DNA of 60,207 bases, filler included, from Dirinaria sp. TL-2023a (lineage: Eukaryota), in the NCBI GenBank assembly GCA_051941275.1. It is 3 parts of 3 records of this genome, joined end to end, with 100 filler letters (N's around TTAATTAATTAA, not from the genome) between each part and the next. Parts side by side here need not be neighbours in the genome. Positions count along the whole stretch, not along the records: positions 40,218 to 60,207 come from JAVEBF010000305.1; 2 more parts are not named here. One strand, written 5' to 3'. The first letter of the stretch is position 1; each line of letters begins with the position of its first letter. Positions 40,499 to 52,966 of the stretch are shown here, in pieces. The translations under genes and the position numbers were made by a program. The notes beneath the pieces were generated by a model. That model was not told the origin of the DNA. It was given only the letters and a program-made list of their open reading frames with translations, and did no database searches.

Positions 40499-41559
40499 TT
40501 ACCTCGAGGGTGCCAAATTTTTCAACGTCGATGCATCCACGAGGTAACCTTCGCCAATTTTGATTCCTTGAAACTGAACTTCAAAAAACCACTCTCGAAA
40601 AGCATTCTTCACGATCGCCTGATGCCAAACGCCTCCCAGTACAAGTGTCAGACGTTCCCAGGTAAGTCTCGATTTAGGGTGTCCAGTCCCATGCATGTGC
40701 AGATGAATGCTTCCTGAGTAATCAACAGCATTCACTATCGCTCCGGTTTGAGAACTGTCATGTGGCGCTGCTGCTGCTAGAGCTTCCAAAAAACTGCAAA
40801 ACATCTTGGTAATGGCGATCTCTTGGTCGTATATTTCATAATTGATTATCCACCTTTCGTCATCGGGATCGTGCATGTGCCCTGTTATTTTGTGTGAAAG
40901 GGGCTGCTCGTTGGTATCGTTGTTGCCATAGGTCAGCCAGCTGGTGGAACTTGTCATATTGGTGGTGTTGTCCGTAGATGTTGCGTCAGATCGGCCTCCT
41001 TGCTGCCACTTCATGAAGCCCAGTTGTCGATTGTTCAGAAACAGTCCAGCATAAAGCCTCGGAACTTTGTTGGGTAGTATGACCGGTTTTTGGGCGAGAG
41101 AAAAGCCCGCTACATATAAGGCGGCTATACAGTGTCGCAGCCGAAGTCCCCTTCTGGTCTCGGGCCATGGACTTATGACTATCTCTGCTGACAGTTGATG
41201 ACTGGCGAGTACAAGGCGCTTTTCCACGAGCGTTTCGTAGGGCGAATGTGCCAACGGTACCATCATCTCAAGTGCGTTGGTGAAAACTTGTTGAATATCC
41301 AGGGTTGGAGTCTGGTCGATCACAAGACGAGTTTCAAACCCGGGTATGATCGGCAAAGTTGAGACCTTATTGTGACTGAAGGGAACTTCTCAGTACAAAA
41401 AACAAACTTGATACCAGGGACTTGAGTGTTTTTTCACCTGGGCAGTAGAAGAATCGTGTTCTTTTTCATAATGTCATGCCGACGAACTGGGGTTGACGAA
41501 GAAAAGGTTTGTAACAAGTGATATATCAGAACTATAAAGACGCAGCTGAGTAATTTCAT
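40499..41559 (-). CDS. Secreted protein of unknown function (about 330 aa), 2 exons
   Basis: Signal-peptide-like MKLLSCVFIVLIYHLLQTFSSS. An intron at about 41377-41437 joins it in frame to the 285-aa ORF. The two halves both end in similar beta-strand motifs (LFLNNRQLGFM and VQFQGIKIGEGYL). Confidence 0.75.
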
Positions 41560-42149
41560 TGTGAAAGAAGAATATTCAATAGTTTGAGAAGATTTGCTAA
41601 TCCATATTGCAGAATCAGACGGGCGACGTGTCTTTACTATAAGCTCAGCGCATATCGCGAGCGCGAAGAACTCGAAATTTTGCAGTCCAAAAGCGGGAAG
41701 CACTCTTTGAACTAAGAATGAAACGAAGTACGTGCCGCTGATCTACAATCTTTGGTCTCGACAGACCCCTCTTGGTTCTCTGGCCACTATCTATCATGCC
41801 TTAGAACCAGTGTATTCACTGGTCTGGGTCTAAAACAGTGCGACATTCAAGCAGATACGTTGAAAGAAATGACGATCAACTGAATCACTTTGTAAGCGCC
41901 ATCATAAAATGGATAAACTGTTAAGTAGAAAAAACAGTGTAGTGGTCCAAGAAGTAGATGAAAGTAAAGCTGAGTTGGTAAGGTGACATGGCACACCCTT
42001 GTATGGGAACTAAGATAGTCTCGAGGTATCAGAACCCTGAATAGTCTGCCAACCTAGTCACTAAAATGCCATACCGCAACAAAAAGTGTCCAAATAACTG
42101 AAAATTCCCTGGCCCTGACATACACCTTGACCTCCGATACAGTACCCAC

Positions 42150-44350
42150 ACTTATTGTACCTTTTGTCTACGACACAGCTCCGCGATCTCGAAAACTCGA
42201 ATTATAAGCGATATTTCCAACACGCTTTCATTCCGTGAAAAAATATGAGACTTGGTAAGCTCCTCTGAGTGTTCCCAAGCTGTCACAACCCATCGGGTCA
42301 GTCGAAAAATCAATTGACTAACATGCTTGTCAACTATGATGTCTGCAAAGTGCTAAGATTATTATCAAGTCTATAAAAAGCTTTCGACATGAGGAAGGCC
42401 ATCAGAAATTCGAAATAGTTGTGCTGCGATAGACTTTATCAACCCTCGGCATGATTGTTATCGAATCTAATCTGTTTGCGAAAAGCAGCACTCTGGCAGT
42501 GATTAGCAATGATATAGGAAAGTGATCTAGCAAGTGACTTGAAGTCTTTCTCGCTCATTGAAGGCGTAGCAAAGAGTAATTATCTCACATCAAGCATTCC
42601 GCCAAGCATCTTGTTCAGTTCAATTCTATGCATCGTCAATCTGCACAGGGCATCTCATCACTGTCATAAAAGATTCCTATACGCCGTTGTGTAATGCGTT
42701 CTATAATACTCTTTGTACCGAGAAAATGCCATACGGCTAAGGAAGATATCCGTCTAAGGGGCTCCCTTCACCTTCGTCCGTGTTCAGCATGTCAGTGTTT
42801 CGATTCTCCGACTTGACTATCTTGGAGGCCGCCTTTCGCACTAAAACAACATTCGCGTCAGTACGGATGCATACCAGAATATCAAAAGATGGAGCAAGGT
42901 GTTGGAGAGATGAAGACTGAAGCTTAACGAGATGAGCTGTCAGTTGACTTAACCTCAAGCGCCTTCTGACTTTGTCGGTTTTCTCCCTCCTGCGCTGAGA
43001 ATTCGATGCGCGCCTGAAGCTTGGTTTTAATGGTATTCATATCTTCCTTGGGCCATTTTCTCCCCAAAGTATTTACGCCCCTTCCAGGTACTCGAGAGCA
43101 GGTATTCTGCTTGATCCGATCAGGTTGTTTCGAAACACTTGTGCTGCATAATCTAAGTTGGATTGATGCGTGGCCTCATTGATATGTATTCCGTCTTCTT
43201 CAGGTTCGATAGAATCGAAATATTGATTTTTCAAAGCGTCGATCACATACTTGATTGCATCGCGCTCAAACTCTGTGAGGGTCTCAGCCACTGATGTTTT
43301 CAGCAAAATAATGTCTGCTTCTAGAATGCTGTCTGGATCGTTTCAATTGCCATCTGCAATGAGCAGTCGAACATCATTATGCACTAGCTTGTTCGGTTCA
43401 CATAAAGTCGAACAAAGTGTCTAAGATGCGCATTGGATAAATGGAAGACACTGGCAGTCGAGCTTAGTGATCTCATGTCAATAGACTCGCGATCTTCATC
43501 TTTCTCTAACTTGAGGGATACGTTCATATCAGTTCATTAGACTAATTATGCGAGAACTACTTCTGGGTAAATGACACTCTTCAAACACTCGTTATCTGAT
43601 TCCTTCGCTTTTCGTTTGATGCCTGCCAGAAACCTGACTATGTAGTTGCGATAGATGGGGAGGAAGCGGAGTCGCTACGATTCTTGCGATTTCGTTCGAA
43701 GATCCAGAATCAAACTCCGATATATTTCGGTACTAGACGGTGGCGACTTGCGGAGAAGAATTTCGCTATGATATAGCTGCAGTGAGGTGCTGACGGCGAA
43801 AAATTTTGGCGTCGGTGGGATGAGTGATTGCACCAGCGAATTTTTCTCGGATGTTATTCAACATCGCTAATTGGACAACAGAATCAGTATCGCACAATCA
43901 AGCAGATAAAGGTATTTGAATGCTGTTGGGAATGAGCTGTTTTCAGAAAAAGGCTAGTGACACTGACATGTCGTTGGAACACTGAGATTACCCGCTTGGA
44001 AGTGCAATACAAGTAAATGTGGAGCATTCTTACAAGCAAACTCTCTCTCCATCTGCTGGTCTTGGCGTTATTTCCGACTTATTCAGATCTTTAAGTTCGC
44101 TAGTAAACTTATCCTCCAGCTACTAATCAGAGAAGGTACCTAGTTCTCGGAATTGCCCTCTTCCAGGTCAGTCTATACATCGGCTATGGTTGTCGCGTGC
44201 TCTTATTGATGATATTTCGCTTCCTCAATGATTCGAAACATCTGCTTTTGTGCTTCATGGAAGTCGGCGGATTGCGGATCACGTGGTGATTCATGCTGAA
44301 TAATGTAACCACTTTTTAGATGGTCTCAAGGATAGCAAGACTTCAAGATT
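42150..44350 (-). pseudogene. Degraded protein-coding relic of unknown family
   Basis: Protein-like minus-strand frames broken by many TAA/TAG stops, e.g. ADFHEAQKQMFRIIEEAKYHQ*EHATTIADV*TDLEEGNSEN* and LTEFERDAIKYVIDALKNQYF..LEYLEGA*. Boundaries are approximate. Confidence 0.5.
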
Positions 44351-45945
44351 GATTGAATTCGTCGGAAGGTATTGAATTTTGGCATGTACGATGGAGGAAT
44401 AGGAATTTGTGGCGCTTCAATCTCTCAAACGAAAGGTCATCGGCAGAAAACTCTCACAGAGATTCTGGGACAAAGAGAAATGGTTGACCTTTTGACCAGA
44501 TCGCTGTGTTGAAAAATGCGAGATACAGTTGTCGGAAGCAAGTCTACCTCACACTTAGTAGTAAGCTAGAGGAAAAAATGGGAAGGGGCAGTGCTTGTAG
44601 CCGAGGCAATTAAAGGATGACGTCATTCTTGCCTAATTATAGCGGGAACCCCTCGACCGCAGCTGAAAGCCTGAACAATCCACCCATACAGACATCTGAA
44701 TAGAGAATGCCTGCTTCAGCTCAAACTCTTTCGCGCGCCGATCTGACATTGCTCTAGTATGACCCGCCAAATTTGCTGCGGAGCTAATCTTGGAGCTCGG
44801 TATTCTGAGGAGCTTCTTGAGAAATTCGCTATGAGTCTTACAGGGAAAGACGGGAAACGTGAACGGGATGCTTCCTCGTCTTGCTGTCGATGTTGCAACA
44901 CAGTTAGGATCTTTGTGAGTGACAACGCGTGAGACATATCTTTCCGGACCTTAGAGCTACACGTGATTTAGGCTCGTCGTGAAACATGCACAGTAATCGT
45001 TCCTCAGGGTATGGACTTAAATCAAAGATGGCGATAAATGTCAATAGTGGAGCAGCGCAGAACCCTCGGCGGTAGGAGCCATGGTGTGGTTACGAAGCTT
45101 TGTGGGTGTGAGACGAAATGCTTTCAAACACAGCTTTTCGCTGCATTGGAGGTGGCAATTCAAGATGCGCGTAATCGCTCATACGGAAAAATCTCAAATG
45201 TCGAATGACGACTTCTGCTGGCGGATGGAAAGGCGGAAGTGTAGCCTCTAGAGAAAGAGATAGCTTGTGAAGTCTTGGATCGCGCAGACCTTCGAGTGAG
45301 AGGGCCTAAATCAAGGCGGCGGCAATGTGAGACTCGAAGGACAAGACTAGGCGAATCAGCCAACGAACGACTACTGTGTGGATGTTGCAATGGATATGGA
45401 AATAAACACAGAATTGGCTCTGTTTCCCGACCAGCTACCGATATTTTCCCATTGATCCTGTCGATTAATGGCGCTGTTAGGTTTTAGGATTTGACCACGG
45501 GCTGACTCATCTTCAGAGGTCTGGTATGATTTATGGTGCTCGTACTAGGCGTTTTAACATTCTCAGCGATTGGGCTCGACCGTATTTGTGTCTAGGCGAT
45601 CCTTCAATATGGTATTCGATCATCGGATCAACTCAACCGTCATCAAATTTGTTGAGGAGAGTATGCTGGATCGGGGTTACCGTCGGTCATAGAACTTTAC
45701 CTTGACCCGTGAGTCTTTTCTTCTTTCGTAGCCCAAGCCATCATGTAGTTAGCATTCATCATTCCTACAATTACCGCACATGATAAGCTTCTATCCGTGC
45801 ATTTCCTAACATCAACACTCATCATGTGATCCCCGCGCATGTCCGGTTGAAAATCAAATAAAGGCCCATTCGATAATATTCTCGGATTTTCTCCAGTAAT
45901 TTTCGTCCGCACAGATTTGATCTACGAAGACTCACTGATCACACA

Positions 45946-47136
45946 ATGGCCCGACGCCACGTCGGCAAAAAGTGTTATGATAATGCCAACCCGGCGAGTA
46001 GCGGAAAGTTCTCAGCGAAAAAGAAATGGACATTTGAAAAGAGTGCAGAACAAGACTTTTCACTCCGCCTAGGGAATCGTTTGAACAACTCGAACATGAA
46101 AACTGCCAGAAACAATGTCGGACAAATACCTTCTCGCCAGGTTTTTGAAGCGGCCGCGCCAATCTGCTCTCCGCCTGCATCGACAGGATTGGGATTCCTT
46201 GACCTGCCTGCAGAGATCCGCAATATGATCTATCGTAGCGTACTTCTGTTTAATGGTATTCAGCCTCTTATTCAGAACATCAGAACTCGCCCGAGAGAAT
46301 CTCATCGAGACTTCCATAGCTGCATGAAAATTTGCATGCTTTCACCTAGCGCGCTTGAAACCAAGTACAATGAATTCAATGCCACAGCTCACGGAGACTG
46401 TTTAGCAGTCCAGAAAGCATTTGCCTTAACATTCACTTGCAAACAAATCCGCAAGGAGGCACGCGAGATATTCTGGTCGGAGAATACATTCATCTTCGAT
46501 TCTTTGTCTCAGCGCAACGAATTTCTGCGCCATCTTGATCAGAAACGGAAAGATCTAATCATGAAGATTGGTGTGCGTCTTACGTCATGGGAGTATGCTT
46601 ATCACAACTTTCCTATAAGCTGTGAAGAGCTGCTCCATGAAGTGCTCCTTCCTGACTGTGCCTTGGGTCGCTTTGGTGATTATCCTGTATTATCACCCAA
46701 GGCTTATATATTGCGGGATTTGAAGGAGAAGTCCGCTATCGAGGCTGGTGGTACGGAGGAAATGTTTACCAGCAGCTCCGTACAAGTGAATCGCTGGCCT
46801 CGTACTCCTTATAGAAGAGACATATCATTACAACATAGGAATACTCACTCTCCAACCCGCGGGCCTGTTGGAAGTATCAAGCAGGGCAGTATCTTTGACA
46901 TGAGCGCTACGGGACCTTTGGCCGACTACAAAACCGACAGGAGAACCATGCTCGACGTTCTTGGCGACTGCATTCGATACGATAGAAAAGCAGACACCAG
47001 CGGGTGGAAATTCGCGATCGAGCGCCGCAAAAGAGATAGAGAAGACGTTCCCTGGCCGGGGTCTAACTGTCTGTACGATGTCAGCAAGCCGTACATGCTG
47101 TTATATCTTTGGACCGAAAGAGATCCGACAGTCTAA
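45946..47136 (+). CDS. Fungal F-box-like domain protein (LPxEIRxxIY family)
   Basis: GFLDLPAEIRNMIYRSVL followed by LTFTCKQIRKEAREIFWSENTFIF. Intact single exon of 396 aa. Confidence 0.75.
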   Translation: MARRHVGKKCYDNANPASSGKFSAKKKWTFEKSAEQDFSLRLGNRLNNSNMKTARNNVGQIPSRQVFEAAAPICSPPASTGLGFLDLPAEIRNMIYRSVLLFNGIQPLIQNIRTRPRESHRDFHSCMKICMLSPSALETKYNEFNATAHGDCLAVQKAFALTFTCKQIRKEAREIFWSENTFIFDSLSQRNEFLRHLDQKRKDLIMKIGVRLTSWEYAYHNFPISCEELLHEVLLPDCALGRFGDYPVLSPKAYILRDLKEKSAIEAGGTEEMFTSSSVQVNRWPRTPYRRDISLQHRNTHSPTRGPVGSIKQGSIFDMSATGPLADYKTDRRTMLDVLGDCIRYDRKADTSGWKFAIERRKRDREDVPWPGSNCLYDVSKPYMLLYLWTERDPTV

Positions 47137-47433
47137 TCAATAGCTGAGAATCCTTCCATGCGTATGATCGAATCATGTAGGGTTTTGGTGCAACGAAAAT
47201 ATATCTTTGTAGGTCGTTTGTTGTGCTTATTTAGCTTACTTGATAAGGGATCGATGAGTGAGAGAGTCTGAGTACCGCTCTTTCCATCGAACAAGGTAAG
47301 TAATCTTGATCAAGTTTACAAGATGCTCGACTTTCAGATTTTGACCACACACAGTATTTCTAAGTACCAACAGTCGATTGAACCTCTGTCTCTTGTATTC
47401 AGCTTTGATCTGGGCCTCTGCCGCTCAACAGCT

Positions 47434-48265
47434 TCAGATTTTTCTGAGAAGATGGCAACCGACGCTGAATGCACCAGGTAACGCCGAAAAGCCTCCGCCG
47501 AAGATCATGCTGAACCCGCCAAACATCTGAGCGTATAAGTAGCGACCTTCATCCCTTTCTATTAAAGTACTGGTCTCAGAGTGCCACAAAGACAACCAAG
47601 GCTCATTATTCTGGAAATCATTCCCATTTGTACGCCTAACCTCGGTGTATCCTTCTGAGCATTTGCCAATGCGGGAGGAAACATGCTTTGAATGCCAGCC
47701 CCAAAGAAGCCATAGACAACAGCAAAAGCCCGTCTACCTTTTAAGTATATCACGGAGGCCCAAGCATAATGAAGTATGCCGGAGGCAGCGACAGTAAGAA
47801 TAAAGGTGTTAAGAGGACCAAGAAAATGATCTGCGATCCATGTTGGTGCCACTCGTCCTGGCACTTTCATCGCGTTGATCACGAGTAACATATCAAACGA
47901 TGTTGAAGATCAAACGTGGATTGCATTTTGCGCGAACGAAGTGATCCCACTCTTGATGAGGGCCAAGGGACACTTGAATGATTGAGAGGCTCACATAAAG
48001 TTACTAAAGTACAGACTTACTAAAGCTAGTAGCACTCCTAACTCAGAAAAGCTGTACTAAGGATCTCTAAAGACTGCTAATTCAATCAAGAGACCAGTTC
48101 TCCGTAGAGAATTACAACTCTTCGCCAAGACCAAGACCATTGCAGTATTTGCCAGGACGATAAACCCCATCACTCTGAGTGTCCAGGCAAAGCCTGCAGG
48201 AGGAAAGAGCTGCCGTGCAGTTATTGTAAATACAACTCCGCCGGTTGCAGTGTCAGCCACGGCTG
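47434..48265 (-). pseudogene. MFS monocarboxylate-transporter-type (MCT/MCH-like) pseudogene, C-terminal portion only
   Basis: ATGGVVF..QLFPPAGFAWTLRVMGFI, GRVAPTWIADHFLGPLNT, YGFFGAGIQSMFP and RYLYAQMFGG. In-frame stops (FRDP*, IHV*), frameshifts and a lost intron acceptor; the N-terminal helices are missing. Confidence 0.85.
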
Positions 48266-49683
48266 TATGGTAATAGATAATGCTGCTGCTTGAACGTCAT
48301 GTGCAAGCGTCAAGTACACTTTTGAACCATGATAGAACTGGTTGGGTCAGGAAGTGTTTACCTGTGTGGAAGGACGGGACATACCTAGAGACCACCTGAG
48401 TTGCTGTCTCCAACGTTTATTACCACGGTCTTGAGCTTGAATGGCGTGGGCTCATCTTCTCGATTGGCGCCTGCGGACTTGTGGAACAACGATGCCGAAG
48501 AAGTACCGATAAGCGCGAGGATTAGAGGAAAGTAACAAGTGAGCTGCATAGCTCCGAATCATAGCAACGATGGGAATTGTAGATGTAGCTATTTATGGGG
48601 CTAGTTCAAGGGTTCGGGCTGCAGATGAGGTGCTGGAGTTCTAAGGGGGCATATTCAATTTTTGACTGCTGAGAATTGATGATGGGATTGGATGGACGGT
48701 AAGTAGTATTGGGAAAGAAGAAGGGGAAAAAAAGAGGAGCGGGAAAGAAGTACTCCATGTGAGGTGGGATTGCTCCTTCTGCAGGCGTCCAAGGGACCTG
48801 GGCAAAGTCGGGATACCGTCTGATAGTTGGCAAGAAGGCTCGCTCCATGGTGGGCATGTTGCCGTTTGAGGGAAAGAACAAAGCTACATCTTCAGCATCC
48901 GCAATGCTTGCTAGAATTCAATCAAAGTCAAGTACTTTACAACCTAACCCTCGGTTCGATGCGGCTCTATCGGCGTTCGCACATGAAATACAAACCATGT
49001 CAACATACCTCTTCCTACAAAAGAACTAAGCTTTATGAACATCCTTGCTCTATTGCTACCCGCGCCTGATAATGTTTGGGACACTTCCCAAAATGAGCGA
49101 TGCTTCAAAGGCAAGTGGTCGGCTCTTCCTTTGATGAGGGCATTGCTCTTGCACTATAACACTACAACTCAACCAGACCTCTGGCATCTGCATGATGAGC
49201 GGCTCCAAAATCCTCCTCGCATCATGTTCGCGATGAGACGACATGACTGCTTGATGCTGACGACGCCAAGACGGACTCAACATCTCGACGGGTTCTGGCG
49301 CAGGGTCCACAAGTACAAGGAGAACTTGAACTAGGGTTTCTAGCGTGCATTGATTTAAAGTAACTAAATTCTACGCGATCCCGATCTCGTCGTCTAATTA
49401 AACATAGAAATACAAAGCGTTTTGTTGGCCCCGACTCTGCGCTTGTCGGCCTTCTCCCTCACCAGACGAGATCGCCGACATAGTTCTGCAGTGTCTCGGG
49501 TCGATGGTCCCTTTCATCTTCTCGTCAGTATTGTGCATGTTCAGGTGCATGAGCCCTCAGTGTTGACGGAAACAACATGAAAAATCTCCCCCCTATGATC
49601 CGTCACGGACGATTCGAAATGAACATATATTGTGCATACCGACTGGCTAAGGAAATATTAGAAATTCTTCATCAAAGACGGAC

Positions 49684-51589
49684 TTACTTTCGAGATCGCT
49701 TCTTGGACCCGACCGTAGCAATCTTCTCCTTTCTAGCCCGTCCCTCCTTGCTGCCAACGGCTACAGCAGCTCTTCTACCCCAACCCTCGTCAATCCACTT
49801 AATTGGCCCTTTAGGCAAATCTTTATGAGGGGACTGCCAGTTCAGCATGCCCGATATCACTGGGTCAAGCATCGGCTGCATCCCATGGTAGGACTCAAAT
49901 TCACCACCGAACCTCTGCGGTATGTCGGCCATCTCGACATGCTGTTGCAACGTTGGCAACACTTCTTCTGGAGACAGGATGAAGAGTTTTTCAAAGGTGC
50001 CCGGGTCGACCCATTTCTTTATCCAGCCCCAGATGGTAGGGAAGTATGAGGGTGCACCTATGATCTGCGAGATTCCATGTCAGCGCTTACGAGGGATGTT
50101 AGGATGTGCAGGATCCTTACAAAAACACGGGACAGGATCTCCGGATAATTGGTCGCAAACATTTTGGCTAGGTCTTGTATCCAGCCTCGAAGACTCCAAA
50201 CTTGTTTGAGCGAAATACCAGAAATATCGACAATACATAAGGTTTTAGTAACCGCGCGCTCCTGGTTAGGTCGTCCCGGGACACTGGTACATAAGGGCAT
50301 GATGAACCTAGTCAGAAACTCGTAATAGGCAAAGGCCCGAACAGATGCCATTGGAACTGAATCTGGTATTTTCAGCTCAGACTTCAAAGCTTTCATGTCG
50401 CCGGAAGTTTTTGTGTGAGCCGCCACTATTTTCGAGTCAAGCTTTCCAAATTCGAACAAGCAAATAGGCTGGCCAGATTTGTCTCGTCGTCCACTCCAAA
50501 TAGGATACTACAAAGACGGCCAGTAAGCATCGAGCCTAGGAAGGGAGCTCTGTGGCCAGAAGCATTACCAAGTCCTTTGTCTCTTGGAACTCCGCGATCC
50601 CAAATTGCTCATAGAAGGTACCCAGATTCCTAGCCTCACGCGCATCCCAAGCTTCTTTGAACTGCTTATGAGCAGCAGAGACGTCGTGTTTCCGAGCATC
50701 AAAGAATCTTCTGTGCGGGCGTCAGACTTGAGACGGACGAGATACTTGTCATGTTAACAACCATGGAATCTTACCGAAGGGTGGCGTCATCATTGATACC
50801 GTCGGACACATCGTGCTCACCAATACCAGCAGGCCGCCGAAGAAGCCCTTCTCTCGAACAAATACTTTTCAACAAGCCAAAGTCCGCATCTTCTGCCTCA
50901 GATTGCGGATGAGAAAGTTTATTCTCTTCCTCGGTTGTTCTGCTCAAGGAAGTCGACGGAGTGGGAGCCGAGTCCTCCGTGTCTGTAGAAGTTGAAGTCT
51001 TAGCACGGGATACATTGCCGGCCGGCTTCGAAGCTGTTGGCGTGAGGTGACCGTGATTGGCCATGGAAGTTGAAGAACCGGGCACCATGGCTTCTCTGTC
51101 ACCCAAATTTGATTCTGGCCATGGATGTGGATATTGCTGATGAGGGGTTGGGGACATATGTGACCACTCTTCCCCAATCTTGGCCAAAGCAACGAGTAAA
51201 GGTACCAGCTCCTCTCCCAGCCGATATAGTTTTATTAGAATTGGGATGAGTTCGTCTGCCTTCTCTGCTGAAGATGTCTGTGTGGGTTGTCTCTGCTCTC
51301 CCATTAGCGTACTCTTGCTTTGGTGAGCTGATGAATCTCTTGCTGATGATTCTTTAGGCTCAGTCGAAGGAGCAGATGCTTCTGATCGTCTATGTTTGGA
51401 CTCTTTCAGCGTCGACTTCGATCCTGATGTTTCGCCCAGCTTCTCTTCAGAATGGAAAGGGGTCGTTGCTGCATCGAACCATTCCTCCTTCTTTGTGCCA
51501 AAATAATCCTTCCCAATCATGACTTTCTCGAACCGTTGTTCATCATTTGTGCGAGAAAAACGTTTCAGGTAGCGGCCTAGAAAGTCCAT
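49684..51589 (-). CDS. Sec14/CRAL-TRIO lipid-binding protein with a long N-terminal extension; 4 exons
   Basis: DDATLR|RFFDARKHDVSAAHKQF (CRAL_TRIO_N), YPIWSGRRDKSGQPICLF, CIVDISGISLKQ, ATNYPEILSRVF|IIGAPSYFPTIWGWIKKWVDPGT and IPQRFGGE. All three introns are canonical and keep frame; no stops. Confidence 0.92.
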
Positions 51590-52966
51590 TTGTTGGCTAC
51601 CATAAGAGATGGCAAGCCGTACAATTGGAAAGCAATGTCAATGTTTGGAAGTCTTTGCAAGGCAACGCAGGATTTACCAAACCACCGCGAAAGAAACAGA
51701 TCACAAGAAAGAATCGGATCACGGCACGGAGGACAGACGCTCTTCGAAAGGCTTACAACAGTTTTCACATGATTTACACATGTGATGTGGCCTTAACAAT
51801 CAGAATTTCGACCGTCATTTCAAGCCGGAGACCCCGCGTCCGTTCTCGCCGGCTGACAAAATGCATTGTGAGGCATTCCATGTGACTGGATAAGTCGATA
51901 ATGCAGGATGTTCACTCACCACCTGAAGCTGTCCTGCTCTATGAAGCTTTAATCGACGTCGATCGTTATGCGCCTCTTGCTGATCTCGGCTTTTCCGAAA
52001 GCATCTCGAAAGTGTCATAGTCGCAGAGGCTCCGCTTTGGACGAAGATCGAGATAGTCACGATGCACCAGAACCAAAAGAAGAGGTCTGCGAGGTGATTG
52101 GGGTGAGGCATCGGCTAAGCACTTGGCGGCGGCCAGTCGAAGTAATCCGCGCATGGATTAGAAGCATTGAATGTAACGTTGCCGACAATACTGGAGAAAC
52201 AGGGATTGCATCTTTTTGCACTTCGTCGAGCATACGGTTCAGGATGAGGGGGCTCTCAGTGATGTTCGCCGCATTCATAACATGGGGTTGCTCGCATTGG
52301 TCAATGGCAGACATGGCTCACCTTTGTCGGTGTTCCCGGGGAACCGGGCTGGCCGAGGCCGGCATACTCTGAGAGATATTCTGGCCCGTCCTACGGTGGT
52401 ACTCGAATCCCTGTCACCCCCACTCAACCCTGTGGTAAATCGACTCTAGTGTAGTGGAAAGTACCAAGCATCACGGGTGATCTGGGTTTTCCATTCGTTG
52501 ATGGTTCTACGGCGAACTTGGAAGGGGGCGACCCGGACATCCCGGCTCAAGCTTTGCGAGGAGAATTAGATGTATCGAGAAAAAATCCATGCGTCTGAGA
52601 TGTCACACTGCTTTACACCTTGGGCGATATTGCTTCTGCTCCGGCAGAGGTAAGTGTCTTACCCAACGACAAGCGAACCATATGCGGTGTTACGGCCCAA
52701 AAAGCATTACGCTTAGCTATTATCTAGCGCTACAGGTCACTGCTCGATCAGATTTACGATCACAATGTGGAGATTCTGTGCCAGCTTGGTTGAATGGAGA
52801 AGCCACGGAATGCAATTTCGTCACTGTGCAAAATCGTATATATTTTCTTCTGCTGGTTGCCCATCATCCAAATTGGAGAAGTCCTTCACCTGAGCTATTT
52901 GCCTGATTGAAAGTTATTTTGGGAACAGTGCCTCATCCTTGATTTTGCTTAAGTCATTGTCGAAGT

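Noticed and set aside
48606..48881. Short minus-strand ORF containing YFFPAPLFFPFFFP, resembling a Phe/Pro-rich cyclic-peptide (RiPP) core
   Set aside because: The motif is the complement of a simple A/G-rich tract. There is no MSDIN leader, signal peptide, repeated core, or nearby prolyl oligopeptidase/DUF3328 gene.
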